From: Ascidiella aspersa
Taxonomy: Eukaryota
NCBI GenBank assembly: GCA_963924565.1
Contig: OZ004607.1
Span: forward strand, 2,232,001 to 2,296,000
Length of the DNA: 64,000 nucleotides
Direction: 5' to 3'
How positions within the stretch are numbered: position 1 is the stretch's first letter; each line of letters begins with the position of its first letter. The notes beneath the pieces were generated by a model. That model searched no databases and was not told the origin of the DNA. It saw nothing but the letters and a program-made list of their open reading frames with translations. Below are positions 14,252-29,200 of the stretch, piece by piece. Position numbers and translations under genes: made by a program.

Positions 14252-17200
14252 GTATTTCTTAAGCTTGTTTAGCCTAATTTTGTTGGATTATTATGTTTGT
14301 TTCAATTCTATTGTAAGGAAAAATTGATAAAACTAGACATTGATAAGTTTGGCAAAACCTAATACAAAGATTTTAGGTATTTTTTGCCATTTTACTCAAT
14401 TAGGCAATAATAGTCCCTTGTAAAGAGTGTAAAGGGGTTGTTTCTTATATTTCCAATGTGAGTTCTTAATCTCATGTAGTATATTTCTTGCGTAAGCACC
14501 TCAAATATTTCAATTAATATCCTGATTTACACTGCTTCAAATATATCAGTAGTTTTAAATGCCGCGTTTTCGTTGGTTGCCTTACATTCCTGAGCAACTT
14601 GTGCTGAAGCATTGGGCGGAGAATGGTTCGCTCAAACCAGGCGAAGTTTCAATCAATAAATCGATCGTCAATAATGTGTCCTTTCCCCTTGTGTAGATTG
14701 TAGACGGTAGTTCCCTTTTCAAAAGGAAACCAATCCGCCTCTGCAAAACCGAATACTTTTCCAGTTCTTTAACTATTTTAGTCCAGTTAACCCCCTGAAA
14801 TCAGAATCTGGTTTCAGAACGTACTTTTAATGATTCGTGTCGTGCAAAAAACAGACAGTTAATACAATTAAAATCTAAAAACAACTTATTATTTCTCGGA
14901 AATCTCAACCTTTATAGTTTCGAAACGAATGATTATACTAATCCGCCGTAAAAAATAACTTTTTTGTCCCAGACAGCAACTATTTGACACTTAATTAATA
15001 TATTTTCCCTAAACGTCATTTTTCATACATTTTTCATTTTTTGAAAAACAAAATTTCCTGAAAATTCAGACTTTTGCTAACCTTCCAAAACTTAACATTT
15101 TTTCTCTTAGTAACGAGCCAGCGCACCTTTCGCGGTAGCAAAACGTCCGCAGCAATGCCGAGTTCCAAGGCCATGATCCTGCCCCGTGGCGCCATGTTCC
15201 AAACCGCCCCAAGGACCCAGGAATTGACCCAGGAACCCCTGGACTTCCAGACGATGAAGGTGATCGAAAACTGGGGCGGCCAGTTCATCGATGTACTACT
15301 GGTCAGCGGAAGGTTAGTTGTTTGACCGTTGTGTTGAAAACGGTTGATGTTTTGATTACATTTTATCGCTGAAAACCTGGAAGAGATAAAACTGGTTAAA
15401 CATTTTCCTATACGGGTTGTTACTGGTTCTGTGGTCTTAGAAAATGGTTAATTTGAGTTTTTCTTTTCATCAAAGTCTGTAAAAATCACTTAGCACTGAT
15501 TATGGTTAAAACACCATCTAGGTAGTTTGTTATTATATAGGTTCAACCATATTCCTTATTTCCATGGCTTGAAAACATTTAAGGTAATTCCAATTTTGTG
15601 TTTTATTATTGAGTATATTTTATACAATTTGCTTGGAGCATTGGATGCGAATAACACTCTGATTGTCAGGGTTGTTAGTATCAGGTTGTCATGCTAAATG
15701 CATTGCAAATGGATTTTAAAGATAGTATGGACTTCATGCTATGGTGAATGCACATTGCAACCTAAGTTACCCAGCGTTTGGATTTTCACCAGCAATTCAC
15801 TTACAATGTGCCTTTAAAGGTCAGCAAAGTATTTTGGAAAGTTGGACAACTTTAACTTTGGCACTTAGCAGTTACATTTGCGCGCTAATCCTTTCCAAGT
15901 ATGTTTGTGTGCCCTTGAAACGCAAACTACACTCGCAAAGCCCCTAATACCAGGCTTTAACACCCGTGTCGTATTTTCATAACGCTACACGCGCCTCTAA
16001 TGGTTGAACCATCACGCGGCGACACGTGTCGGTGTGAAATGTGATCCCTCAAGTTTTACGAAGGGTGTGAAACGAACTCAAACGAACCTAACACTACGAG
16101 TATATATATACTGTTGACATCCAAGAAGCCCTATAACATTAGTTTTTTTTCTCATATTGCCAAATTAGGTTCGAGTGCGCACTTTTTGGTATTAGGATAT
16201 AATATATTTTTAATGCTTTTATCTCCATGCAACCCGAATTTATTTCGCAGCAGGTTTTTCTTACGACTTAAATCTTAAACAAACGACTAATTCTGTACCT
16301 AGTTTGGTTAATGCTTTTTTGCAATTTTAAAATCACTTGTTTTATAACAAAATGTGGTTTTAGAAGAACATTTGCCAATAGAAAAAAAATAGTATAAATT
16401 TTACGAATAGCAGCAACTTTTCCAACATTGAACACACACCTGATAAATTCTATCACGAATTGCTCAAAAATACCTCTGATATTTCAGCGCATGATTCACA
16501 AAGCTCTATTTTCGCCGCGTCACATCGCCTGTAGTTTTAGCGCCGGCGAATTCCAACGCGAAAAAGCGCGCGCGCTCAGGTGTGTTACGTCACAATGAGC
16601 TAATGGAATCGCGCTTGCGAGACGTTTACTTTTCGCTCTGATGAAAAGTTTTGCACGGAGCTGACGCGTGTATTGTTTTTGCGAGTGTTTGTGCAAAGAG
16701 AAGTGCTTTTCCTTTTGTGTGGCGACAGGTTACAGGTTGTATGTGTTAATGGGGCCTAATGGCCGCTGTAGAAACGCGTCAAAGCGCGTCGCAGTTTTGC
16801 CTTTTCTCTTTTCCCCTGTGTTTTGTGTCCGCCGTTTTTCTCCGCGCCGAAAGCCATTACACGCGCGCTTGTACAAATAGAAGAGCAACTTTTTGACCCC
16901 CGTGACGTAGTTAGGGGGTTAGGGGTTGCCCCCTTCGAGGAGTTGGGTCAAGGGGCTGCGTGAGATATGAAAGCGACTTTTACCCCGTTTTCTTCGCGCC
17001 CCATTTGCGTTTATTTGAAATCGTGTAAACGCAAGAAGCATAGACGTGTATGTATTAACAGGCAATTAGCGTTGTACTCTTAACGAAAAAACAACGTGTA
17101 GGAATTTGACGTTTACAAATTGTCACACACATTCATTCTACGCCCTAAGTACAAGTCATCTTAAAATTTATGTAAAATGTATACTAAATGCTATCTATTT

Positions 17201-20200
17201 ACATACGGATTAGGTATTTGTACTACTTCTAACCACAACCTCCAGCCATTATACTCTAAAGATATCGTTTAAATTCTTGCAAGTATTGCAATGACGTTAG
17301 TGCAAGTGCGTGTCTGTTTCAATAAGCAGCGCGTTGCAATTTTGTACTTCAAAGTAGCCTTACAACACTGAAAATCTTTGCAGTTTTAAGCGACTGGGTT
17401 TGGCTCTAAATGCCTAATTAAGACGTAAGTGAACATGTTTGTCAAACGGAATTTCCAGTGGTCGCAAGAAGGTATACATTAGCCTTAAAATCGTGAATAT
17501 AATTATTAAAAATTCGGTTTTCGTTTAATTGCGCTTGCGCGACTTTAAACAGCAGTTTCATTTGTTAAAATATCTGCCTCCCTTTTGAATACCTTATGTG
17601 GAGAAACAAACTGTTTTTTCCGTTGAAAATTGATTTGAATCGTTCACACATTGCAAACGCAAAAGCAACAGTCGAAAATATGATTGTTTTGAATAGTTTA
17701 AAAGTAAAAAAACGAAACAGTTTTGTCAAAGTTAAAACGCTTCAAACTTCTCGCTTCGATACCCGGCCCAGCGTTTAGGTCTAGGTCTAAGGAAATACTA
17801 TTGTGTATGCTAAGGAAGTTTTGAATCTTCTGTTTGAGCAGAACTCCGTAAAATTCTCTGAATTGTTTACTAGTAAAAACGACACAGTTTTCTCAAAGTT
17901 TGTTGAAAAAACGCTCTCGCTTCGATACCCGGCTCCAGTGTTCTTATCTTGGTCTGTGCAGGAAATTAAGGATTACGCGCGGGCCGCTTTAGGGAGCCCC
18001 TTGCAACCTGGTAACACACCAACTTCAAAGCGCAATTAGCCCGTGTTTACTGAAGCCAGAGGCAGCCAGGAGACTGCAATGGCGACGGTGGCCCTCTGGG
18101 ACTCTTCCTCAGTGGAGCGATTCCCATATTTAGTCCAGGCGCTGGCTTTGCGTAAGGCGATACACTCAATTACGCAGTGGTCTCTTTAGGGTCGCAAGCA
18201 ACGCAAAGGTAAGCCCAGTCAGTGGTTGCTTGCTGCTGTGAAATGCTGCTTAAGACAGCTGTCGCATTCGGGTCTTTTTGCTTAGTGTAGTCGTCTTTAA
18301 CCGCTTTGCTGCTTTTACGTATAACTGTGAACGCAGAATTTTGGAAAATTTTAGTAACTTATTTAAAACACTGCCATATTACTTAAATAGTGCTTAGAAC
18401 AAACCGAGTTATCAATGGTTTGGTACTAGCGCATAATCCCTTAGTTTGTGCTTTAACAATTGAAATGTACATTTGCCCTGAAAAAGTTGTACTTTCATCA
18501 AATGTTTCACAACCTTGTCTAACTAGTGAAAAATATTTTGCCCTTTTTGCAACATTAACCGTGATGTACTTGTATTACAACAGCGGTTTGTTATAATGGA
18601 AATGTCCCAGGGGGTTTAAACTGTCAGGTGAAACCTGTAAACTCTAACAGCCGCCCGCATTAATACATATAAAAGGGACGGACGAAATAATTTATAACAA
18701 CGCATTTTATATTTTTATTTTTATAATTCGCTACATTTAACAAACCAAGGGCGAAAAGAAGATAATAAAATCAGCGCCTTTATAACTAAAAAATAATTTT
18801 TATAGGTTTTCGCACCAAAAACTTCTTATTTTAACAATAAGACCTTAAAAATATCAACATTTTGCTTTTAAAATTTTATTAATGGTCAGAAGTCTCATTA
18901 TTAAACGTGGATGTTTTTAAGTTTGAATTAACAGACATCACGTTCACACGCTCAATTCTTGATAGACTCTCAAACCACAGCCACACAGTTCGTTATTAAT
19001 AATTCAAGCAAACAGCCTCACCCCTCTCAGCAGCGCACACAGGCTTATCTTGCACTTGAGCACCTCACGATAGTTGCGTGACCAATCTCGGGTCGGAAGC
19101 ACCCTCGCGTTACGTCACAATCGCGCGTGTGACGTCACAAGGAGCGAGACAAATCGCTTCAAACGTCACAGAGTTTCTTGATTAGAAATCGAAGAGAAAA
19201 GAAAGCTTAGTCTGAATTACCACCCAGGTCGATTTGTCGTCTGTTTATCCTGATATACGAGCCGGCCTCTGTTGGAATGCACGGCTCTAGGCCCACCTCA
19301 GTTGCTCTTAATGCTGTTGCGTCCATTTCCGATTGACAACTTCATCCGATTTTCGCATTTCGCCGGCTACAGTTTGTTGTAGGCGGGATGCTTGCCATTA
19401 TTTGCGCGCCGTGAATACTTAGTGATTTGGCTTTTTCGCACCTGAGCTTACCCCGGTTGTCACGTTTCAATTCGGGTAATTTTTTTTAATAAAGTTTGGG
19501 GAAATCATTTTACACCAGGTTTACGATTTTTAATTTTGTCTATTTGTTAGTAATTAATAAGTGTATATTGCAGTCGTTCAGGCAAAGTAATTCCATTTTC
19601 GATTAAAAAAAAAACAAAAAAAAAATACTTAAATTTTGCATTTAATGTATAAACATTTTATAAATAATTTAAATATTTTTAAGGCAATATTTTAACTTAT
19701 TTATTACATGTTTATTCTTCAAACACAGTTAAATGTGATACCAAAGGTAAATCTACTACTTTGACCCACAAAATTAGCATAAAAAAATTAATCTGTTAAA
19801 TTAATCTGTTAAATTAATCTGTTAAAACTGGATTTAAAAGACTGTTTGCCCCAATATTCGAACTCCCAGTCGGTATATTGTGACGAAACAGTAGTTTTCG
19901 AAAATACGATTGTGTTTCGGCTTTATTCCGGTCCCACGAACCCCGGGTGGCAGTCTTCATTTGATGTTGACGTTTTTATTTGCTCTGCTGACCGCAAGTA
20001 ACCCCTGTCATTAGGGGTCAATGACCAGCAAACGTCACGCAAAATGTCGGCGTCTCGCTGCGGTAATTTTCAATTTCCAGTGCATTGTTGTCTGCATTGT
20101 CTCTCGTATTGTCACGGTTATTGTTTGATTGTTGATATATGGAAGGTTGAAACAATGCCTTCATTTATTCAGACGATCGTAAATGCCGGTTTTCGGAATT

Positions 20201-23200
20201 GATGCCGGGCGTGGAAAATTGATTCGTAGATATGGAAATCGCGCTGGAACAGCTAAGCCCCCCAACAAAACGGAGCTGTTTATAACAATAGTGATTTCGC
20301 GGGATCAGAAGGGCGCCCTTAGCTTGCAAACTTTTGCCCCAACAGTTTTAACACGAACCCGACCATCGTAACGATATGCTAAGATTGATAGCAGATTTTA
20401 AGTTTGAACCATGTTGTTAACCCTTTGTAGCGCTGCTGATGGTGGTTCTCTATTACATTGTATTGTCTGTTGGAGATCCTTCTATACGCCAGTGTTTTAG
20501 CTGTTGTGTGTTGTGTGTTCTTTCCCGGTATTAACTTCTGTCGTTGCGGGTGTCTGATTAACGCGAAATACTCAAACCCGATTCACGTTTATTTTTCAGC
20601 ATTTTGTAAGACGACTTAACCTCTAATTGGGTTAAACCGGCCGAACTGGCACTGTAAACGTTAAACGTCTTAAAATCATGAAGTGAGAGCGGTTAACGTA
20701 GCGTTCCACCTCTAGTCAGTAATTGAAAGGTTAAAGATCGCTCACTTCGCTTGTAGCTAATCGAATTAACGCCACATCAATCTCCTTTGCTGGGCGATCA
20801 AAAAAAAACCTCCTCTAGAAGTTTGCGACCGGAAAAAATGCAGGAAAAAACCTCGAGGGTCGTTTATTTACATGCGAGTTAACCCGTCACGCTTCGTCGA
20901 AGCTACAGGTTCGCAGTTTTCTGTTCTAACTTAAAAGAAACGCGGCGCGGTTAAGGAAAGGCCGCTAATCTGGCCAGGAATCTGACTTCTTCCTAAAACT
21001 TCGTCTTCTAACGCGCGCGCTCTCATTGTTGACGAAACAATGTGACCCGATTGGGTTCGCGATCGCCCGAATGCCGCCTTCTTAAGCCTGTTTTCGACGC
21101 GATTAAGTTGATCTTCGACGGAAATTGGCCGCGTACTGATTAATTGCTTTGGTATCGTTGCTTGTGCGTCTTACTAACTTGCTCCCGACACGTTTTTGTC
21201 GTTTATTAAAGTATGTTCGTCATCTACCAGTTCTTAGCCACTTTTTGACTAATGTTCGATGGTTCTTTTCGTGTTTTTTTCACGTTCTGGTCGTCTATTA
21301 AAGCTATGTTCGTCATTACACAGTTCGTAGCGACTTTTCGACTAATGTTTGATGGTTCTTTACGTGTTCTTGTGACACGTTTAAGTCGTTTATTAAAGTA
21401 TGTTCGTCATTAACTAGTTCTTAGCGACTGTTTTCTTAGGTTTAATTTAATGATTCTTTACGTATTTTTACCACGTGTGACTCAAACGTCCATCTTTTTG
21501 TGGAACATCTTGTCTAGCATAGACATAGGCTTAATTAATATTACTCGTTCAGGCGTTGACGTGTAAAAAGCTTTGTACTACCAAGAATGGCGTGAAAATA
21601 ATGTAAATAATCCTCCAACTATTTTAAAACGAGGCCTCGTAAAAGTATTTTGCGTAAACCCATACGATTTAGGAAATAGAACATTTTAGGTGTTGTAAAT
21701 TGTTGCGAAATCGGTATTTCTGTGTGGTGCGTGGATTTCGACGGGAATGCGCGATTCTAGTTCCACATATGGTCATCCTCATGCTACAATACACACGAGA
21801 TATTTGCGCGACAAACCTTGATGACTTAAACGAAACTTACTCCAACCCACACGGTCCTCACTACTAAATTAACAAGTTGGTATTTTGAGAAAAAACATTT
21901 TGGCCACAAGCAGGGTTGTGCGGTTTCGTTTTTAAATTTCGACCGGTTTTACCAAAAACGTCAAATAAATTGCTGACGGCACCGAAATTGTTGTTGATGT
22001 TGTGAAACCGTCTCTCAAAAAAAAAATAATATGGCCCCTGACGACTTAGACACAACTTACCCCAACCTATATGATTTCTAATTTTTTTAGGCAAGGTTAA
22101 CATACTTTTTATGTAGTTTAAGGTGCTTTGAGGCACCATTTAAAACATAGCCTATAGTTCTGTAACTATAAAGCAGAGAGTTAATAGTTACATACTAAGA
22201 TGAAATATCTGCGGACTGCGGTCTCTTAAAATTTCCAAGCGGTCACGAAAGGCAAACCTAAAAAATCCTGCCTAAATTCATGAAAACTTATTGGAATTTT
22301 GTAAAATCGTAACAAAACGTCGAAACAAGACGAATATTTTAAGCCTTATACTGGATAAAGTATTTTGTAATCGATACATTTCCTGAGTCGGTGGTCACTG
22401 GTGGTCAGTTTCCTATCGACCTGTCACCCCCTACTCCTCACGTATTAGACAGAGCGACGCCGAATGTCAGCGTACGCTTGACGTCTAGTGTAAACTACTT
22501 GTTGTTGAGTGTTAGGGTGGCTTCAGTCTTTCGCAACCTTACAGTGAATGTCTTTAAGGCTTCAAACGAACCTCGTGATAAGGACAAATTGAGACAAAGT
22601 TTGCTGACCACATGTCACGTGATTAAAACTCTGTATGGGTTTTAAAACTTGGTTATTGTGCGAAGTTAAATTGTGTGTCTTAAGTTTTGTTAAAATGGTG
22701 TTTCAAATGCTTTTGTGGTACTAGTTAAACGGTGCGATACTGGAATAAAGCCGAACATCCCAAGTTCCAACAGCAAGTACAGATATCTTGACAATAAAAT
22801 ATTGGTGCGTTCTTTTCAAAGAGACTTTTGTCAAAAAAAAAACAGCAGTTAAAACCTTAATAAGTTTTACTTGTTTGATTTATATCAACGGGCAGCATTT
22901 TAATAAGGCATGTTCTACTTAATTAGCCGTTTCTTCCACAAACAGCAATATAAACAAACAACCAATTCTACAACAAACTCGGACAGCGAAATTGTTTGCT
23001 GATATTTGTTTCCGCTCGCAAAATTTCGGCAAAAAGTTTTCGCAAACGACCTCGAAAAAAAAGTTGACTCAAAGGCAAAGTCAGCGTCGTTAATCTTTGC
23101 TCGCCACGAGCTCTTCCGGATTTCGATGTTGTCCACACAAATAATCCCACGTTCCGTGCATTGCTCGAGTTTCTTGCCTTTTCGGGCAAAAAAACGCCTT

Positions 23201-26200
23201 TGCCTTCGCGCCATAATGAATCGCATTGTTTGCTACGGTTATGCTGGGCTCGAAAACTTTGCTTTTCTCGTCGAGAAGTATGCAATTTCTGTTGGCCAAA
23301 TAGCGGAACCGCGAAGTAACGCGCGCTGCATAATGCGTTGCTGGTTTTTCGTCAAAGGATGAAACCGTGGATGATTTGATGAATTGTGGAAATGAATTAA
23401 ACGAATCGGTTTCTCACATGTTTTCGAAACATATAATGTTCGCTATCAGCTTAAAATATTGATTATTATTTCGCTTTTATTATTTTGTCGCGTTTGTTTC
23501 TAAATTATTCTGCTTTTTTAAGCCATTCGTTTTATGCGGGGTTTAAAAGTTCTGAAAAAACTCAAAAAGTCAGCCATTTCCTTAAGATAACGTATACCGC
23601 GAAAACAAACCCACTGTTTGTTATTGAAACAGCATTTAGCTTTATTGCTACGAAAAATATTGGCCCACGACTAACCAGCGGATGTTTTTAATGAACTTCC
23701 AGGGTAAAAAAATCTCGTCCAAAAAAACGCGTTTTTTATCCAAAAACCTCGCTGTCTGTTGTTGTCATGCTCGGCCGCCATTCCCATGAAATACTGCGAA
23801 TCATCTCACCTCAATTCCATCTCACATAAAGAGATACAAACGCCAACATCTGTCTAATGCGCAAAGTACCGCTTGCTGGTTGCCCGGGCCGGATGTGTCT
23901 ACTTGCTTGGTCGGGGTCTAACAAGCCAGAGACAGCTCAACACCTGTTCTGCCGCTGTTTCTTACTGAATTACTGAATGCTGATTTCAAGTACTGCTACT
24001 TGACTGATGCTGTTTGACGCACAGCAAAGCCATTGATCTCACGTTTTGTGCTCGGCCTATAGGTCGAAATTTAGCCGATTTTCCGGTAATAGCCTCTTAA
24101 ATTTTGCGGGAAAAATGCAAAGCCGAAATGAAGATAGGCTGAGATTTGGGGTTTTGTTTCAAGGAATAGGAATCGCCTAACTTCTGATTAAAGTTCGACT
24201 GTCAGATTTCTGCTACTAATGGTTTTGGGTTTTTCAACATACCTCCGTATTATTTACAAAAGTGAATGATTTGTACGATTTAAGTTAATCTTTGGTAATA
24301 CACGCGACCTTTTATTTGTTGTACTGCATCGTTCAATTAACGTTTAACATATAAAGATTTTAACAGGGCGTCCAATACTTTACGATGTCATTTTAAGATA
24401 AATTCCATAGATGTCACTATTTAAGATCAAACGTGTTATAAAGCTTTATTAATTTGTGTTATTTACGAATTAGTATTCTTCTAAACTCTTTAAATGTCGT
24501 TATGCCTGAAAAAAAATCCGTTTAAATGTTTAAAACAGGTGAATTTACATAGTTTTAAATTCCACCGCAGGACAGGCCAGACTGAGGTAAAACAGTGTTA
24601 AGTGTTGAGTTGAATCCAACTTGAAGTGTTGTGCTTGAAACTTTGTACGCGCGAACAGCCTTTATCCGATTATAATCCCTTCCGACAGATTTTCGTCCTT
24701 GAACTGACCTTGAGAGCTTTGCATGTGCTATCACGTCGCCACGTGCTTCTTTATATGGTAAAGATGGCAGCGGGCAACGATTTCGTGTATTTCAGTGGTT
24801 TTCCAGTCACGAACCAAATTTAAAGAGGTTTCTCTAAGTTTGGCGATCGTTTTTTGGAATTTTTTTTTCCTGGATGTGTCATTCTTAAGTTATACCTTAT
24901 GGCGTTTTTTGTTTTGTCTTGAGGTTTAGTTTTCGAAACGAACTGATCTTATTTCTACCACCTTGTGGCTTAATGTAACTGACGGATATTTTAGCAAACG
25001 AAAAATAATCTGCGAAAGTTTTTTTCTATGTTTGCTAGTTAAAATCGTTTTGTAATAGAGTTAATGTGTTTTTGTCAGATTTGATTTTTATTTCCGCACA
25101 TTTAAATAATCCGTTTTATTTCAAGAAATCAGCAAATCCGCTCAAAATGGTTTTCGAAACATAAAAACTTGATCATTTTTATTCCAAACACTTTAACAAA
25201 AAATTGTGTGTATTCGCTCAATCATCTTCCAAGTTACTCAAAGCACAGCGAAACGACTGTTGCCCTACTTAAAGAGGCAACCTAACGCTCAATGTAGCCA
25301 CGCGTCTCGGTACAACAGGATATCCAATGCGGCAGGATTAGCCTCTCTCAAGACACGAAAGACCGTCTCTCTCGCGTATATCTTCCCCGTGTGCGCGCGA
25401 TTAGCGAGTTAATTCCTAAACAAGGAGCCTCGATGCGCCAAAAGCACCCGCGGCGTCAGTTTTTCTCGGATGTTTACGCGTCTTGCGGCGCGAGATGCGA
25501 GATTTGTTTATTTTCGGAGGAAGCCAGTGAAATTTCATCGCTCGTGAAAATGGTACCTGGCCTACAACATGTGAAATCTTGGCCGGGTTTTTTTTACATT
25601 GAACTAACCTGATTTTTTAGTCATTTCTGCGACTTTTTTTAAACCTTTTAAAACAGACTTCGCTTTAATTTTTTTTATTTTTTTGGGAAAAACGTTTGGT
25701 TGTTTTGCAATGCAACACCAGTACATCACCACAATATTTTTCACCACATTTTATTTTCTCGTACATATATATATACTTTTTTTTGTGTTAACGCGATGAA
25801 CGAATTGTTTGTAAAAAAGCAGGCTTTTGTAAAAAATAACAAAAACTTAGGAAAAAAATAAAACGGCCATTTCAATTAGCCAAGTCTGCTTTTTTAGCGC
25901 CATATAAGTTCCGGTCTTTTCCACAATCTGGCCAGCTTAAAAACCAAATTTTTTGTAGGTTTGTACATGGTATTGTCAGCAATAAGAAAACAGCCTAAAA
26001 ACACAGCCTTCTCATAAAACGGCCTTTTAAATCGTCCAGTGCGTTCCCTTACATTGCCTGAAGTGCTGTTGAGATCTTATCGCGTTTTGGTTGCTAAACG
26101 CGGCGCACAAATGGCGATTATTGCGCGAAGTTTGCTTCGGCCACTACCATACCCGCCTTCCCGATTTCTATCGAGGCTTAGTCCTAATTAACTCACCTTC

Positions 26201-29200
26201 CTCTATGTTTGTAGCTGTGACTACTTTTCTTTATGACAACAGATTGAGAAAGCGATTGTCGGTGGTCGTTAATCGAGGTTTTGATGTTTTCGAAAAAAAA
26301 AACCTATTTGATACGATCTTCGCCTTATGTGCGGTGGCCCTGACTTTAAAGTTCGATAGATTGGAGGACAACACGAATTGGAATTTCCGTTGGGCAATAT
26401 AATTGCGCGTAATTTCAATAAGATCAGTATACAGTTTGACTAGCTCTGTTTCGTCCTTTAAGTGAAAACTAACGATCGCTATTATGATAATGTCCAGGGA
26501 TTTACAAATACAAGACACCAAAGACAATGTTGCTGCTTCTTACAATACATTGGGGTCGTTCCGTAATGGATCTTGCCTTAACTATGATGAATTATTCATT
26601 CGATAGTGGATAAGGAGCTAATTAGGCTTGCTTGGTGGCTTTTAAAGAGGGTCCCATAACCAAGTGCTTGATATTTTCCAGCTAGCCGAAAAATAAATAA
26701 CGATTCGAATATCTCTTAATTCATTTTCAACAGGAAATTGGTTTATTATCGAAATCCTTCAAAATGCTACCCACTTTGTATAGACTTTGATATTCTTAGT
26801 ACATCGTACGACAACCTCCAACCTTTGGTTCAAATAGCGTTTAGTTTATTGAATGTTTTTGTTTAAAAACAAGATCTACTGGCGATCAATTTTAATATTT
26901 ACACGAAAAGACTTGTTCTCAATTTCCAGAACATATTATTACGACCGATGGGCTTTTACCGGCTTAAGGTATAATTGCTCAATTTTCACGCGGCATTTAT
27001 AACGCAGTGGACGCCGAACAAGTGATAATTCCCTATTTCCTGCAGAGGTTAATTGACTTTCAACCCAATGCGCTGGCAATACATTTGCAACTTTCCACGT
27101 GGTTGCAAGTGACGTGGACTGATCCGATTGGCTCTTTTTAGAGTTTGCCTCCATTTCATTGGTCGAAATAGTTTTTGTTGTCTAATGGATTGGCCTGGGA
27201 AAGTTTGCGTCAAAAAGAGCAAATTTACTGTTCAACGTCATAGAAAGATACCCGGAGGCTGATTAGTTGGATCTTTTGCCTAATTACAGCTGTATTGGAT
27301 AACAAGTTTAATGGAAAGCCGGACAGCTAAGTTAAGAGGTTGTGAAACAAGTTGTTGTTAATCTAATTGCTTCAAGAAACCGCGGAAAGCCGAACAAGTA
27401 AAACATCCAATTGAACTATTTCCCCAACACACGAAACAACTCAGTAATTGTTTGATGTTTATGTTTACCACGTTACAAAGCAAAGTAGTCTGACCTTAGT
27501 AAAACGTGACATTGAAGTACAGCTGTACAGTTCATGTTGTAATAAAGGTAGAATCATTTTGGCAAGCCGTTTTTGGTCGTGTTTTGGCATCAAAGGGCGT
27601 TTTGGTAAATTAGGTATTGTATGACGTTTTTGTTTTTAAAATCGTTTTTTTTGTCACTATTTTGGGGCAAATGGTGCTTGTTTTCTTTGTTTCTCGTTTT
27701 TTGACCCAGGATGAGTAGACCATTCGTTTCACACAGCAAATCTTGGTAAAATTGGACACTGACTGAAGTTTTATGGTTATTTTTTTGCATTATTTGACTT
27801 TCTTTGTAGGTATGTCATACCAAATGGTAAATCTAGTCGTTATTATATTTTGAAAGTGGCTATTTGTCCTTCAACTCAGCGAACCATTCTTTCGCAAAGC
27901 AAATTGAGCAACAGAAATATCGCATTACATTGTTCCGAAGGTTTACAACATATATACAAATCTATAACGACTGCGTTAACTCTGAAAATCTTCGCCCATC
28001 CTGGGTGTTCCGGTCCGAGTTCTGCTTGTAAAACAACCTTGACGGAATGATTGATCGATTGGCTTCTGACGTCAGTTCGCACGGAAGGGTTTTCATTCTA
28101 AAGCTCCCGAATTTTGCCCACTTCTAATAGTGGTTTAATCCAGAAAATGTTAAAAATGTGCCACTCCTCTGCGGAGTTTACCGCCTCGCATCAAAATGTC
28201 TGGTGTGGTGGCTTTCAAATCTAAAAGCAGAAGTTTGTTTGTGTTTGGAAAGCTTGCCAGCAATTCTCTTGGGGACGTTTGCTGCTGATGCTGCTGCAAT
28301 GCCAGCGAACAACTATATATAGTTCAATCACAACTGAACCTTGAGGTAAAACCCCTGCAAGATAATGATCTCACAGTCCTGGAGTGATTCACCATTGCTT
28401 CAATTCAAAGAAGGATTTTGATCCACAACTAGCCCGGATTTTGTGTAAGCATTTTAATAACAACATGCAATGCCAGGACTTTTATTTGCAACTTTTGGAA
28501 AAAATCAATCGTCTATTTTTTTAGAGTGGATAAGACGTTTTTAAGGATTCAAATAACAGTGTTTAATGCCTGGATATTATTTGCAACTTTGCATTTACCA
28601 CAAAAATAACAACACTCTTCAAAAGTTAATCGCCACGTTTAAATTTAGCGCTAGAGTTGGAGAGTGGGTTGGATTTTTCTCAAACATTCCAATAACAAAT
28701 TGTAATGCACGGAGATTAATTCCACCCTTTGATATCATTTAAACAGTCTCTGTAGTTTGTCGTTTGTCGTTTGAAGCCCACAGCAGCTCGTATAAAGCAA
28801 AAGTCCTTATCCTATCGTTGCGTTGACTTAAGCTTACGGCGTTAAGCTTGAAGCAAACAATCGATGAGCCTATTGCATTGATGGACGCGTCGAGCCTTGG
28901 AAGAAGCCAGAGATAATCACTTTCGTGGCCTACCTTGGCTCCCTGATCACTTCAAAGCAACCCCTTGCTTCCCAGAGCGACCAATCGGGCGTAACGACGG
29001 TTTGCTTAGGGCTTTAATAGCTGAGCGGCGAAGGCAGGCTTTGATGTTGCTCCTCGAAGCTCGACGCTTCTTACAGCTCTCTAAACTTCGTTTAAACCTA
29101 TTTGCGCTTTTTGTTTTTCGATGCAACTTTCCGTTTCCTGGTTGCAAAGAAAATAAGCGCGGTTCGGTCGCACTGCTACGCTTTAGCGTTTTGTCCACTT

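Noticed and set aside
18079-18208. GC-rich ATG segment ending in AAG|GTAAGC as an alternative first coding exon
   Set aside because: The ATG frame stops (TAG) before the donor, and the frame compatible with exon 3 has an upstream TAA and no ATG.
20080-20100. GTGCATTGTTGTCTGCATTGT resembles miR-33
   Set aside because: It has an extra base and mismatches relative to miR-33 as I recall it, and no well-paired precursor hairpin; more likely a run of ATTGT motifs.
22915-23362. Cluster of overlapping 69-118 aa ORFs in intron 2
   Set aside because: No coding motifs or exon chain; expected by chance in locally GC-richer sequence.
23876-23930. Possible pre-miRNA-like hairpin (ctggttgcccgggccgg...ttggtcggggtctaacaagccag)
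   Set aside because: Pairing is interrupted and relies on G-U pairs, and there is no recognisable mature miRNA; it cannot be supported without folding and small-RNA data.
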